Assembly: GCA_951406725.2 (NCBI GenBank)
Contig: OX597817.1
Span: forward strand, 59,148,001 to 59,212,000
DNA: 64,000 bases
Reading direction: 5' to 3'
Source: Octopus vulgaris
Lineage: Eukaryota
Shown: piece by piece, positions 28,575 to 42,248 of the stretch
Numbering within the stretch: position 1 is the stretch's first letter
Layout of the letters: each line of letters begins with the position of its first letter
Translations under genes and position numbers: made by a program
Notes under the pieces: generated by a model
Database searches by the model: none
Seen by the model: only the letters and a program-made list of their open reading frames with translations
What the model was told of the DNA's origin: nothing

Positions 28575-28961
28575 ATATATGACACTCAACTTTCATAGCA
28601 TTTAATCTGCAAAACGCTCCCTGACGATGTTTTCAATGCAGTAATTATACAAAGGGTTCCTGGGGAGAAGTGTCTCTGCATTACAAAGGGTTCCTTTTTG
28701 ATTTTTATCGTATTTTTAGATCTGCCATATTCGACTAACAATTAAAGGAGACGGCGGTAAGGTGTTGGGGAGGGATATAGTCATTAGGAATATCAGGAAC
28801 GGAGAAAGACCACGGAGATGTAATCTGTTGGCTTTCATCTGGGAGACATTATATCATAATACACACACACACACACGTACACATATATTCATATATATAC
28901 ATGTACATACATATACATCTATATATAGGCATATGTATATATGTATATATATATATGATTA

Positions 28962-29005
<44 letters not shown>

Positions 29006-29251
29006 CGTGCGTATTTTGCGTGTTGCGTGTATGTATACAGAAGGTATGTATGATTTTAATCTGTATATATATATATATATATATGTGTGCATGTGTGTGT
29101 GTGTGTGCGTGTGTGTGTGTGTGTGTGTGTGCGTGTGTGTGTGTGTGTGCACATATATATAGAGACGGGAGACATAAAGAGAGGGAAACAGGTAGAATAA
29201 AAGATTTAGAAAGACAGACAGACTGACAGATAGACAGATAGAGAGATTGAG

Positions 29252-29343
<92 letters not shown>

Positions 29344-29815
29344 TCCTTCTCCTCTGCTCTTCATTTATCCTTCCACCTCTCTCTCAATGTATCTCTCACT
29401 CTCCCTTTGAATACACTCGTACGCACTAACGTCAGTCCACATATATGTGTGTCTTTGTGTGTGTATCTATGTATCATTGTGTAAAAATATATATATATCA
29501 TATATCTCAGTCCATAAAAGGAGTGAAGATAGCTTCTCTAATTAATACAGCCATAAATAGTCTGACGGATATCTCTACATTTAATCTCCAAAAGCTATTT
29601 TACACTATTAAAGCCATCAAAATGATTAGCAAGAGACCGCGTCACCAATTATTTTCAGTGTTCAAGTGAATATCTCTTCACCGTTTCTCCGTATTTTTCC
29701 AGTTACTCATCGACCTAATCTAATTATTTTCCTACCAACACCAGTATCAGTTATCCTGTAAGCAATACAATGCATTTTATAAGCTTGTAAGGGATATCTT
29801 TATTTTATATATATA

Positions 29816-30232
29816 CTAGCAGTTAATCGCGGTTTCACCCGGTCTGTTTGGATGATGTGGCTGTGATCGTTTTCGGTTAGGCATAATCTATAACAGCGTT
29901 TCTCATCCCTATCATTTCGGATCCCCTGTTTCGATTGGAACCTCCAGCAGTATGAAAATTTCCTGCCCCCCCACCCCCACCCCTGTCAGAAAACAGCTTC
30001 AGGAGTTGTGAAGAACGAATTTGTACGTAGTCTGGGGGAATTCCATTAGAAAGTTTTAATTGATTTTCTCGGTAACTATGGGGGCTAGGAAAAAAAATAC
30101 AAACTGCATTCCAATATATGCACCCGTCACCACATGTGTGCCATTTATCATGCGAATCCACCCAGCCGTTTGATTGTGAACCGCAAGACAAGAAAGAATA
30201 CAACGCTCGCCCATGTCAAATTTATATTATAG

Positions 30233-30233
<1 letters not shown>
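29816..30233 (-). mobile_element. non-autonomous Helitron (second family)
   Basis: Reverse complement ends in hairpin CGG-GTGAAA-CCG followed by CTAG|T; located in a (TA)n context. Confidence 0.6.
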
Positions 30234-30269
<36 letters not shown>

Positions 30270-30563
30270 TGTGAATATTAATTTTAACCTCGATCTTATT
30301 TGCTCGGTTTCCCAAACTTCTCTCATGGGATCGTGGGTGTATTTCTCTACCCATGTCAATGTGTGAGTCAATGCGTGACACGCCATGAAATGTGTTCGGT
30401 AATGCCGGATATCGGTGTCCTAAGTGCAAAATTTACGTGAAGCATAAATGAACTCGCACACACGCACGCACATGCACAAGCACATACATGCACACACAGA
30501 CACAGAGACACAGACACACAGACACACACACACAAACACACACGTACACACACACACATATAC

Positions 30564-30851
30564 AAAGCCTTGTGAGTGGATTTGGTAGACGGAAACTGAA
30601 AGAAACTCGTCGTATGTGTGTGTGTGTGTGTGTGTGTGTGTATTTGTGTGTCTGTGTTTGTCCTCCCACCATCACTTGACGACGGATGTTGATGTGTTTA
30701 CGCCCCCTTTACTTAACGGTTCAGAAAATGACACCGATAGAGTAAGTACAAGGCTTATAAAGAATAAGTTCTAGGGTCGATTTGTTCAACTAAAGGCGGT
30801 GCCCCAGCATAGCCGCAGTCAACTGACAGAAACAAGTAAAAGAATAAAAGA

Positions 30852-30852
<1 letters not shown>
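30564..30852 (+). mobile_element. family B SINE, 5'-truncated
   Basis: Matches the 3' part of 44110-44491. Confidence 0.85.
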
Positions 30853-30899
<47 letters not shown>

Positions 30900-31171
30900 G
30901 TAAACGATATTTTTATGTGAATAATATATAGTCTATTGACTAATTTTTTTGTGCTAGGCGACTGTTAATAATAATTTCTATAATTCTTATTACCCTAATA
31001 TTATTTATTATGTTTAAATATTTTTTGATAAATTTGTTCGAAGTTTTACCGGCATCCTCTCTGTCGCCGGAAATAAACAGCATCTGCGCAGTGGATTTGA
31101 AAAGTTAAAATATACAGATAGCGAGTTTATATTCTGATCTCGTTGTGTGTATATTTAAAATCTAAAGGCTA

Positions 31172-31237
31172 CCTACTGATGAAGACTGGCCTCAGTAAAT
31201 ATTTTTTACTGAAATTAGTCAGAAACCATAGTCTAGG
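31172..31237 (+). ncRNA. type I hammerhead motif
   Basis: CCTA-CTGATGA-A-GACTGG[TCAGTAAA tatt TTTACTGA]TTAGTC-A-GAAA-CCATAG-TC-TAGG; GUC site. Confidence 0.75.
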
Positions 31238-31380
31238 AAGTAAATTAGATGGTAAATGTTTTTAATTTTCATTCCTTTCGAGAATTTATCCCTAATTAGT
31301 GGTTTGAGTTTTCTACTGCTCTTTCTAGCACAAGGCTTTCCTATGCTGGAAGCCTCTTAATGTGTTTTAATGTACACGAT

Positions 31381-31419
<39 letters not shown>

Positions 31420-31423
<4 letters not shown>

Positions 31424-32056
31424 AAAAGAGAGTCCCTGCTACCCCTATGGAAGTCTTTCGTTCTCAGCCACTCGGACTACTGTTCCTAAATATGGTTCCC
31501 AGAGAGTGTGAATCAAACTGTGGAACTCAAAGCAATCCATCGCCAATACACAATGAACATTGACTCGATGCAAAAGATGGCCTACTGGGAGAGGCTGAAG
31601 GAGCTGAGTCTCTATTCCCTGAAGAGAAGACGAGAAAGATATGAGGTGATATATATTTGGAAGATCTTGGAGGGTTTAGCTCCCAATTTTGGAATTGACA
31701 GCTATACCAATCCTCGAACTGGACGGCACTGCATCATACCAAAGATCCCGTCTACTCTGTCTAAGGACACAGTATTGCAATAGTCTTGGTTTCAAGGGCC
31801 TGCAATTGTTCAACATCCTGCCAGGCAACCTTAGAGACCCACATGGTGTTGATGTGGAAGTTTTCAAAGAACGTCTGGACAGGTTTCTATCTGGGATACC
31901 AGGTGAACCCACATCGCGGCAAGAGACGCAAAGAAGAGCAGCTCCGTCCATCTCACTACTTCACCATAAACAATATCGGAAACAACATCGAGTAGCAACA
32001 GATGGTGCACCAGCATGACCTCAGCCCTGGCTGAAATCAATAAAAGATAAAAGATC
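31420..32056 (+). mobile_element. 5'-truncated CR1-clade LINE with 3' tail
   Basis: YWERLKELSLYSLKRRRERY...GLQLFNILP...FKERLDRFLSGIP; tail (TAAAAGA)2. Confidence 0.9.
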
Positions 32057-32374
32057 TATATATTCAAAACCTACCAATCAAATAAAGCCTCAATACATAG
32101 CTTTTAATTTTAACCTGTTAATTCTATACACTTCCTTCAAAACATAAAATGATTAGTTAAGTTGCGTCCTTTTTTTTAAGCCTAATGACGCCCTACCACA
32201 ATATAGCTTGAATATGGCAACTTCCTTGGCATTTATTTATAATACTTTTTTTTTCAGAAACAAACGTCATCTTTTTATAACATGCGAATAAATCAGTAAT
32301 TACAGCCTTTTACTTTCCATATATATATATATATGTGTGCGTATGTGTGTGTGTACATATATATATATATGTGC

Positions 32375-32456
<82 letters not shown>

Positions 32457-32572
32457 ATATATAAAGGGACCTTGGATTCGAAACGATTTTGTTTCCGACC
32501 AACTACATCATATTACTTATTTATACTCTAACCCACCGTTACTGAGTACTTCGTTCGCATGTTAGCCTTAAA

Positions 32573-32617
<45 letters not shown>

Positions 32618-32689
32618 GGTAATATGGTGAATCAGGTCAGTTAAAACTACCCTACTACTAAAATGTAAACTTTTTTGAAATTATATTTT

Positions 32690-32745
<56 letters not shown>

Positions 32746-33002
32746 TACAATACCAATATTCCACTGTAATTTTTAATAATTCTTTCTGGAAACTGTCTTT
32801 GACATTTTCTTAAGAATGTATATATATATATTGTAATCTTTTGTGCCCAATATTTTAATGAACATGTTAAACTTTTTTATAATTTCCCAAGATTTTCCCT
32901 TGTAAACTGTTCTTAACATGTTCCTATTATCAAAGAATATATATATATATATTGTAATATTTTGTGACAACCAGTACCTAACACAACCAAGCTTTTACAT
33001 GT

Positions 33003-33046
33003 TACTTTTGACAATCTTTTTCTAAAAGAGTGAAACCGGTCAAGTA
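33003..33046 (+). ncRNA. degenerate hammerhead remnant
   Basis: TACTT-TTGACAA-TCTTTT tct AAAAGA-GT-GAAA-CCGG-TC-AAGTA; core is mutated. Confidence 0.5.
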
Positions 33047-33202
33047 AATAAACATCTTTTAAAATTGCATTTTCAAACCTTCTTTCATAAATATACATAC
33101 CGGAGTAAACACATAAATGTGAAACAAGGTGGAAAAAAGAGTACTCAAATACCAGGGGTAGAGAAACATGCTTTATTTAAAAGCAGCAGAAATTCAACAA
33201 AA

Positions 33203-33240
33203 CTGTCCGACGAACGGGAACGTGAAACTCCGAGTAACAG
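33203..33240 (+). ncRNA. minimal hammerhead (CCGACGA core) inside a ~31-bp inverted repeat
   Basis: CTGT-CCGACGA-ACG ggaa CGT-GAAA-CTC c GAG-TA-ACAG. Confidence 0.7.
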
Positions 33241-33266
33241 GTTTTGTTGAATTTCTGCTGCTTTTA

Positions 33267-33296
<30 letters not shown>

Positions 33297-33303
<7 letters not shown>

Positions 33304-34895
33304 CAACAATTGAGGGTAAAATTAATTAATTATTAATCAATTTCACCAAGTGTTCAGTATGCAAAGGGACCATTTAAGGCGAATTCAAATTATTACATTA
33401 TATAAAAGGGCTTAGTAAAATAAATTACTTTGCCGCATACTGAACTCATTAGAAATAGCAGCTAAAAAACTTTTTTAAAACTATTTCTAATACTTAAAGA
33501 CAACCTCTCTCATATAGTGTTTGCTCAACTCAACTCACGAAAGTTTGGGGGTAAAGACATCAAAAAATCAAATGCAAAGGTTATTTGAGAACGTACGTTT
33601 CAAGATTAGTCAACACGACACTTCTATCATCAGGTCAGAAACTCCTTGGTTTGGATTTGAAAACACTGAAAGTGAGAGCATACCCTTTCGGCTTCTCATC
33701 GCTTTCGAAGATCTGCTCGTAACTAACAGTGCCAACAAACTCAAATATGCAAGCGAAGAATTTCTGTTCTCCCCTTTCCACCAGCGTGGGTTAAAATCAG
33801 CAAACACTATGCTTATTTCGGTAAAATCCGAAGCATTAATTAGAGGGAGATTAATTAATTAATTACCCTCAATTGTTGAAATTATAATTAATCTCCCTCT
33901 AATTAATGCTTCGGATTTTACCGAAATAAGCATAGTGTTTGCTGATTTTTAACCCACGCTGGTGGAAAGGGGAGAACAGAAATTCTTCGCTTGCATATTT
34001 GAGTTTGTTGGCACTGTTAGTTACGAGCAGATCTTCGAAAGCGATGAGAAGCCGAAAGGGTATGCTCTCACTTTCAGTGTTTTCAAATCCAAACCAAGGA
34101 GTTTCTGACCTGATGATAGAAGTGTCGTGTTGACTAATCTTGAAACGTACGTTCTCAAATAACCTTTGCATTTGATTTTTTGATGTCTTTACCCCCAAAC
34201 TTTCGTGAGTTGAGTTGAGCAAACACTATATGAGAGAGGTTGTCTTTAAGTATTAGAAATAGTTTTAAAAAAGTTTTTTAGCTGCTATTTCTAATGAGTT
34301 CAGTATGCGGCAAAGTAATTTATTTTACTAAGCCCTTTTATATAATGTAATAATTTGAATTCGCCTTAAATGGTCCCTTTGCATACTGAACACTTGGTGA
34401 AATTGATTAATAATTAATTAATTTTACCCTCAATTGTTGAAATTATAATTAATCTCCCTCTAATTAATGCTTCGGATTTTACCGAAATAAGCATAGTGTT
34501 TGCTGATTTTTAACCCACGCTGGTGGAAAGGGGAGAACAGAAATTCTTCGCTTGCATATTTGAGTTTGTTGGCACTGTTAGTTACGAGCAGATCTTCGAA
34601 AGCGATGAGAAGCCGAAAGGGTATGCTCTCACTTTCAGTGTTTTCAAATCCAAACCAAGGAGTTTCTGACCTGATGATAGAAGTGTCGTGTTGACTAATC
34701 TTGAAGCGTACGTTCTCAAATAACCTTTGCATTTGATTTTTTGATGTCTTTACCCCCAAACTTTCGTGAGTTGAGTTGAGCAAACACTATATGAGAGAGG
34801 TTGTCTTTAAGTATTAGAAATAGTTTTAAAAAAGTTTTTTAGCTGCTATTTCTAATGAGTTCAGTATGCGGCAAAGTAATTTATTTTACTAAGCC

Positions 34896-34905
<10 letters not shown>
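33297..34905. repeat. inverted copy (33297-33858) plus tandem 561-bp units (33864-34424, 34425-34905)
   Basis: Identical ORF translations offset by 561 nt and a reverse-complement copy upstream; hammerhead-like motif at 34104-34158 in each unit. Confidence 0.95.
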
Positions 34906-34974
<69 letters not shown>

Positions 34975-35236
34975 TTTAAGGCTAACATGCGAACGAAGTA
35001 CTCAGTAACGGTAGGTTAGAGTATAAATAAGTAATATGATGCAGTCGGTCGGAAACAAAATCGTTTCGAACCCAAGGTCCCTTTAGGCACAACGTATTCA
35101 ACGTCGTGCCTAATGAAACTTGGCTTGGGATTTTCTTAATTTTGGTTCCGACTGATCGAGCCGCATGTATGTATGTATGTATGTATGTATGTATGTATGT
35201 ATGTATGTATGTATGTATGTATGTATGTATGTATAT

Positions 35237-35390
35237 TGCGATGTGTGTGTCGATTCGTCGTCAATGTTCACAGATCTGGAGTATGTGCTGCCGAGGTACG
35301 TAACCTTACCAACAGCCTTGAGGGTTTCTCCTTCAACAGTGATCGTTGGTTCCAGACACTGCTTTTGTGGGGCTACGTGAATCAGTGTGG
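35237..35390 (-). mobile_element. RTE-clade LINE RT fragment
   Basis: EPTITVEGETLKAVGKVTYLGSTYSRSVNIDDE. Confidence 0.75.
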
Positions 35391-35394
35391 GAGA

Positions 35395-35935
35395 AGAAAA
35401 GTGTACCAAGCAATGGTACTGTTTATTGATTGACATGGGCATACCATATGACCATAATATCTCGGCAAGAGAATTTGATAAGCCCAGAAAATATAAAGAT
35501 TTGTTGATTGAAATCGAAAAGATGTGGCATCACAAGGTGATTACAATACCAGAGATTGTAGAAGCACTCGGGATAATCAAAAAAGGAAGTGAAAATTATT
35601 TGAGGATGATCCCTGGCTTACCATCCATGCAAGAAGTGCAAAAGATTATCTTCACTGGTCACACGTATAGAGAAGAGTATTGTCGTTGTGAAATTTCTCT
35701 CCCTTTTTCCTCATTTTCTTGTTTTCTTATTTCATTTTCTCGCTTTTTTCCCTTCTCTCCTCTGTCTTTCTTCCCTTTTTTTGTTTCTATCACATAACTT
35801 TGTAAATGAACAATCTGGTATGTTTATTATGATGGCCTACCAATGTATACAGTGAGTTTCTTTACCCTAGGTGTTGGGAAGACACTCAGCAAGCAAGAAC
35901 TGGAAACAAAATTGAAAGAAGATAATGACAATAAT
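35395..35935 (+). mobile_element. R4/Dong-clade LINE 3' fragment (restriction-like endonuclease)
   Basis: CLLIDMGIPYDHNI...KYKDLLIEIEKMW...IPEIVEALG, homologous to the 54140-54420 region. Confidence 0.75.
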
Positions 35936-36753
35936 AGTAATATACTTATATACTAGGCTCCTAATTGTTCATCAATTTAAAATTCAAATCCTGGCAAGGT
36001 TTATCGAGAAATGATCGCTTCTCTTGGAACAACTGGCCTCAAGGGCACAGCACGTGTTTCGAAGATCCTTTTAATCATGTTGACAAAGTCAAATAGTTTT
36101 AGTGCTTTGTTCCTGAGGCGGAGCATTCACGACATCCGAAGCCAGGCTTGTTTATGCTGGCGCTATTCGTAGTCTCCCTTATCAAGCAAATATGTCTCTC
36201 ATCATATCATTATATTAAATTACATTTATAAATTACTCTATTTATATAATGGTACGAACTTCAAGCAGATTGGTTTCTTTACTAAAATACTACTTTGAGA
36301 ATACACTCATGTATTTTTCAGGGCTATTAATGGCTTCAAGTTTGTATTTAATACGAATTTGATGAAACAATCTGGGGTTCTGGAACGAACTCCGTCGAGA
36401 GTAAATTTGAATTTCATTGAAATTTCAACATAATGTTTACACCTCTTGTTTAATTTTTCGTCCCCCGAGTGCGTATATATTTAACTCAGTTAGAATTTGT
36501 TTTTATTTCGTAGCCAGATGATGAATGCTCCACGTGTGTTTATACACAACCAATATTTATACACCCAGTTACAAGAAATACATATGTGCTGCGGTATATA
36601 TATACATAATGCCATATCTTTATTTTAAGATATGACTCAAATTGTTTTTATTTAATAATGAGTTTTTAAAATATTATAGTAATATATATTGTACTTTAAT
36701 CTTCAAGTTTATTAATATCAGAATATTAATTACTAATATTATTATTACATTAA

Positions 36754-36966
36754 GGCGGCGGAGCTTGCAGAAACGTTAGCACGCCGGGCGAATTGCTTAG
36801 CAGTATTTCGTCTGTCTTTATGTTCTGAGTTCAAATTCAGCCGAGGTCGACTTTGCCTGACATCCTTTCGGGTCGATAAATTAAGAACCAGTTGCGTACT
36901 GGGGTCGATCTGATCGCTTGGTTCCCTCCACCCAAAATTTCGGGCCTTGTGCCTAAAACAGAAAAG
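36754..36966 (+). mobile_element. family A SINE
   Basis: Matches the family sequence; followed by an inverted family B head at 36975-37065. Confidence 0.85.
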
Positions 36967-37220
36967 ACGTCAGCCGGAGGCTGGAGTAAAAGACACCTGC
37001 CCGAGGTGCCACAGAGTGGGACTGAACTCAGAAGCATGTGGTTGGGAAGCAAACTTCACTTACCATGTAATTAGATATTGCTAAAGCCGATTTCAGTTGA
37101 GATGACGATTGTGAACGGGGATCAACACCGCTAAGCTGCCATTTGCTAAATTACTTAACAAGAAAGCAAAAGATGAAACTGGGCAGAGCAGCGAACAACC
37201 CCACCACCACCACCACCACC

Positions 37221-37275
<55 letters not shown>

Positions 37276-37439
37276 TCGCTCTCTCTCTATCTATCTCTAT
37301 CTCTCTCTCACACACACACACTCTTTCTCTCACGCACACACACTTTCTCTCTCACACACACACACACACACTCTCACACACTCACACAGACACTCTCTCT
37401 CTCTTCCACTCTCTTTCTCTCTTTACCCACTCTCTCTCC

Positions 37440-37501
<62 letters not shown>

Positions 37502-37930
37502 TCCACCCAGTCTTTTCCTTCCCTTTTCCCTCAGGCACGTCATCTGACAGACAGAATGCTAGATTTCATTTACGTCTCAAAGCAATCAGATTCTAAAGAG
37601 CTATCATTATGGCGAACGAGCGATACGGAAGTATTCGGCCTTGTTGGACAAACTGGGCAGCGAAAGACAAACAGAAACTTGTTTAGACATAGCTTTAAGC
37701 ATACACCTTTGTTGTCTTACATTTACTGAGGCTGCACCGTCGTTGCATAACTGTGTTTGGACCGTGTAGGCCTGTGAGTGTGTGCGTGCGCGCGCGCGTG
37801 TGTGTGTGTGTGTGTGTGTGTGCGTGTAAAAGAGTATATATATATATATATATATATATTCATATATATATATATATATATACATTTATATGCATATATA
37901 TATATATACATACATATATATGCGCTTATA

Positions 37931-37973
<43 letters not shown>

Positions 37974-39179
37974 CTATTGTTCATTAAGATCTAATATTGA
38001 TTTCTTAGGCAGACACTGAAGCTTGAATTTAAGCAAGGAAGATGTTTAAAACATTGTATAATGTTCGTGCCTTTCTCAAGGATAATTAGGTTCGTATGTA
38101 AAGAGAATGAGCTACAACGAACGAATCGAAACCGGGCCACTGAAATGACTCGCTGCAAGAGAAGAGAGACAAGGAGAGGGCAATTGTTCACACTTAACTT
38201 TTTGATTTGTCTTGTAATTATTTTGTTTTTGTCTTTTCTTTTAATTTTTATTTGGGCCTTGGGATCTTAAGTTCGGTTACCCGGCTTCCGTGGCATATGT
38301 GTGACCAATATCCCAGCATTTCCTCTAAATGGTACACCAGTCCGTTGCAGAATAGAAGACCGGCAATTTTCGGGATAGGAGCAAGTCGATGATTTTATGG
38401 TAAGAATAATGAATAATGAATAACGTGTCAACGCCACTGGATTTCCGCGTAGCTTTACCATAAGGAGTGCAATGTTTCGGAAAAAGACGGTTGGGCGCAG
38501 CTGTTTGGGCGAAGATGAACTTGACATGGCTGACTGAACGTTTATCCTGATTTAGCGATAGTACGTTCTGACACTGGAGGCAAACACACACGCACGCACG
38601 CACATATACGCTGCGCAGAAATACACACATGCAGACAGAGAGGGAAAGCGAGAGAGGATAAGAAAGGAATGTGTCACAATTTGTTGATTGAACATAACTG
38701 ACATAAACGCTTTCCTTCTACTCATATACATTAAGAGAAGTATGCTCTCTCTATCTCCTTATCGCTCTCCCCCCACCACCCACCCACCCACCCACACACA
38801 CGCGCACAGCAAAGCATTAAAGCGGTTGATGTCAAATAAGTCAGCGTTGAATCAACAACGCCAAATATACGCGTCTTTAAAACAAAGTATTATTATCGAT
38901 GTGTGCGATTAGGACCCTTTAAACTGGTGCCCCAGCATGGCCGCAGTTTAATGACTATAACAAGTGAATGATAAAAGACAGAAATAGCTATAGGTAAAAA
39001 TACCTGTATTTTTAGCTCTCCTAAAGGTATAACTAATTGTTGGTTTAAGCACATGGACATACAAATAATTACAGGTAAATCTGCTTACACGTATGAATAA
39101 CTCTAGGTAAAAGTATCGATACATATTGTAGCGTTTGGCATAAATACTTGTAAAAATAATTAACAGGAGATGAAAATGT

Positions 39180-39590
39180 GTGTGAGCCACTCGTCTTAAT
39201 GTTCGTTCTGTAAAGATTTTTGCTAAGTCGTCTTGTATTGGTTCTCTTTAGAATGTCTTTATTGGTTACGTGTTCTTGCCAGTATATCCCCAGAATCTTT
39301 GTCGAGCCTTCTAAGTTGACACACATCTAGCATTCTGTCAATTTTTATAGTGTTCGTCCATATTTCACTGCTATGGACGATGCCATTTTAAAACAGCTTT
39401 CAAACAGACACTGCGGTCAACAGGGTAAGAAAGAGAGGGAGACCGAACACTCCATGGCGCAGAACGTTCATAACCGATGCAGGTGAGGCGCCAAAGTTAC
39501 ATGACCGGATGCTGAGAAAACCGCACCCGACAGAAACCAGTGGCATCAACTTGTTGCCCATGTTTTCGAGAGTACAGGAGAATCTGAAGC
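39180..39590. mobile_element. RTE LINE 3' fragment with 5' inversion
   Basis: Minus strand: KILGIYWQEHVTNKDILKR. Plus strand: VRKRGRPNTPWRRT. Confidence 0.65.
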
Positions 39591-39720
39591 CGTGGCGGAA
39601 ATACACGTATATGTACAAATTATTACGGGTAGTTATAGAGAGAAATACCTGTTAATACAAATAACTATAGATAAAAATGTTTGTATAATGCATTGGTTCA
39701 TAGGTTAAAAAAAAAGTACT

Positions 39721-40120
39721 AGGAGTGGCTGTGTGGTAAGTAGCTTGCTTACGAACCACATGGTTCCGGGTTCAGTCCCACTGCGTGGCACTTTGGGCAA
39801 GTGTTTTCTACTATAGCCTCAGGCCGACCAAAGCCTTGTGAGTGGATTTGGTAGACGGAAACTGAAAGAAGCCTGTCGTATATATGTATATATGTGTGTG
39901 TTTGTGTATCTGTGTTTGCCCCCCCCCAATCGCTTGACAACTGATGCTGGCGTGTTTACGTCCCCTTAACTTAGCTGTTCGGCAAAAGAGACTGATAGAA
40001 TAAGTACTAGGCTTACAAAGAATAAGTCCTGGGGTCGATTTGCTCGACTAAAGGCAGGGATCCAGCATGGCCACAGTCAAATGACTGAAACAAGTAAAAG
40101 AGTAAAAAAAGGAGTAAAGA

Positions 40121-40121
<1 letters not shown>
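39721..40121 (+). mobile_element. family B SINE
   Basis: tRNA-like head, TTGGGCAAGTG central domain, internal microsatellite, CAGTC-AAAT-GACTG tail. Confidence 0.9.
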
Positions 40122-40166
<45 letters not shown>

Positions 40167-40781
40167 GGAACGAAAACGGAATAGAGGGCATTAAAACGTT
40201 CGGACAGATAGACGCCACAAAAGCGAGCAAGAGAAACAACAATTAGAAGGACAGGCAAAAAAAGACGGCTTTCTTTCATCAGTCAAGTACCAGAAGTCAC
40301 GATCATTTCGATATTCAGTTTCAGCCTGAGGGATGCGGCCATACTGGGGCACCGCCGTTTGTTTTGCTACACTTTTACTAAAATCGTCTGACTGTGATAT
40401 TTGGTGAATGAAGGAGTTTCACACACGGGCGCGCGCACACGCACACACAAATAATTGTATATAAATAATGACTCGTCCAAATAACTCTGAGTAAAAATGC
40501 ATGTGCAGCATTCAGATAACTAAATATATATAAAAAAAAAAAGACAAGTAGAGAGAAATAATTTCAGGTAAATGTAGCTGTATGTACAAATACCTGTAGG
40601 TAAATACAATCCTAAATTACAAATATTCTGACGAACCAAGAGCAATAACCGGCGAAAACAGGTGAGAAGCGTTTCTTTATCTGATGAACGTCGACATTCT
40701 TCTCTGATTTATTTCCGACAAATATGCTTCCATCACTTTCTGAGAGTAAGTATGTGTGTCTGTGTATCTATCTATTTATAT

Positions 40782-40858
<77 letters not shown>

Positions 40859-40864
40859 ATGTAC

Positions 40865-40921
<57 letters not shown>

Positions 40922-40922
40922 C

Positions 40923-40954
<32 letters not shown>

Positions 40955-41013
40955 ATACATACATACATATATAAGTATGAATACACATACATAAATATAT
41001 ATATGTATGCATG

Positions 41014-41046
<33 letters not shown>

Positions 41047-41155
41047 GCACACACGTATTTACATCTAAGTAACTGCGAGAGTGAATGTACGCATGTGTGT
41101 TTTTGGTTATGTATGTATGTATGTATATTTGTACGTTTGCATGTATGCGTATATA

Positions 41156-41192
<37 letters not shown>

Positions 41193-41610
41193 CGTGCGTT
41201 CCATATGCAAGTAATCGTGTGACTGTATACATAGAAATGAAATGAAAGTGAGCGATGAGAAGTAACTCAGAGTGGCCAATCGCATGTATTTGAACGGCAA
41301 AGATTAAAATTAATAAGGGTATATTAAATACCAAACAAAATTGATTCATAATTTACTGAAACTATCTGCGCTTCCGAAGACGGACCACTGACTTACAGAC
41401 AATTTAAACGAAAAGGGGAGATAATCTCAACAATCAGGGATTGTCAAAGAATTATGTTGCCATAAATGAAAACATGGCCTGGTTGTCTGTAAACAACAGA
41501 ACAACTGTCGAGACATATTCTTGCCTTAATAGACGTCATCAGCACAGCAGGTGTTCTACCTAGTCTTGGGGAAAATGTGATATTTAAACATACACACACA
41601 CACAAACAAA

Positions 41611-41678
<68 letters not shown>

Positions 41679-42207
41679 CAGATTAAAATAAATTTATGCA
41701 TGCGCACAGGCACTCTGTCATTTTCTTCCTATTAAAACCACAATTACTCCACACATTTCCGGTCTGTCACAGGTCGAAAATGCAAACCTAACCCACGTGA
41801 CTTTCTTTTTCTTTTTCTTTTTTCTTTTTCCTTTTTCTTTTTCTTTTTCCTTTTTCTTTTTCTTTTTCCTTTTTCTTTTTCTTTCTTTCTTTTTGGCTTC
41901 ATTTCTTTTTCATCTCCTTTCCTCTCTCCCTACGCATCCCTGTCCCTCCTGGATTTTTCTCTTCTGTCGCACTAAAGTCAATATTCAGAACGTTATGACA
42001 TTTACTCTAGAACACCGTCTTCAACATCGCCCTAATATTATCAGCTATGAAAGGCGCTTGCACATTTTGTCAAAATATAGAATTCGCAGACTAAGTCAGA
42101 ATCGTGGTAAGCTTTCTTCTACGTTTCTCTCTTAGTTTGCGAATTATCTTACATTCAAAAACATATAATACGTATGTACATATTTGTATGTTTAAATGGA
42201 AAAAAAT

Positions 42208-42248
<41 letters not shown>

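Larger units (their letters stand above)
32465..35082. mobile_element. ~112-bp inverted repeats (32465-32576 / 34971-35082); possible Kolobok/T2-like MITE with nested inserts
   Basis: AGGGACCTTGGATTCGAAACG... versus ...CGTTTCGAACCCAAGGTCCCT; TTAA-like flanks (ATAA / TTAG). Confidence 0.6.

Noticed and set aside
33521-34783. Thrice-repeated 107-113 aa ORF (MLNSTHES...)
   Set aside because: No recognisable domain, non-ATG start, antisense to the HHR; a by-product of the repeat
33297-34905. CRISPR-like or LTR interpretation of the tandem repeats
   Set aside because: No short repeat-spacer periodicity, no TG..CA termini or PBS/PPT, and the context is eukaryotic
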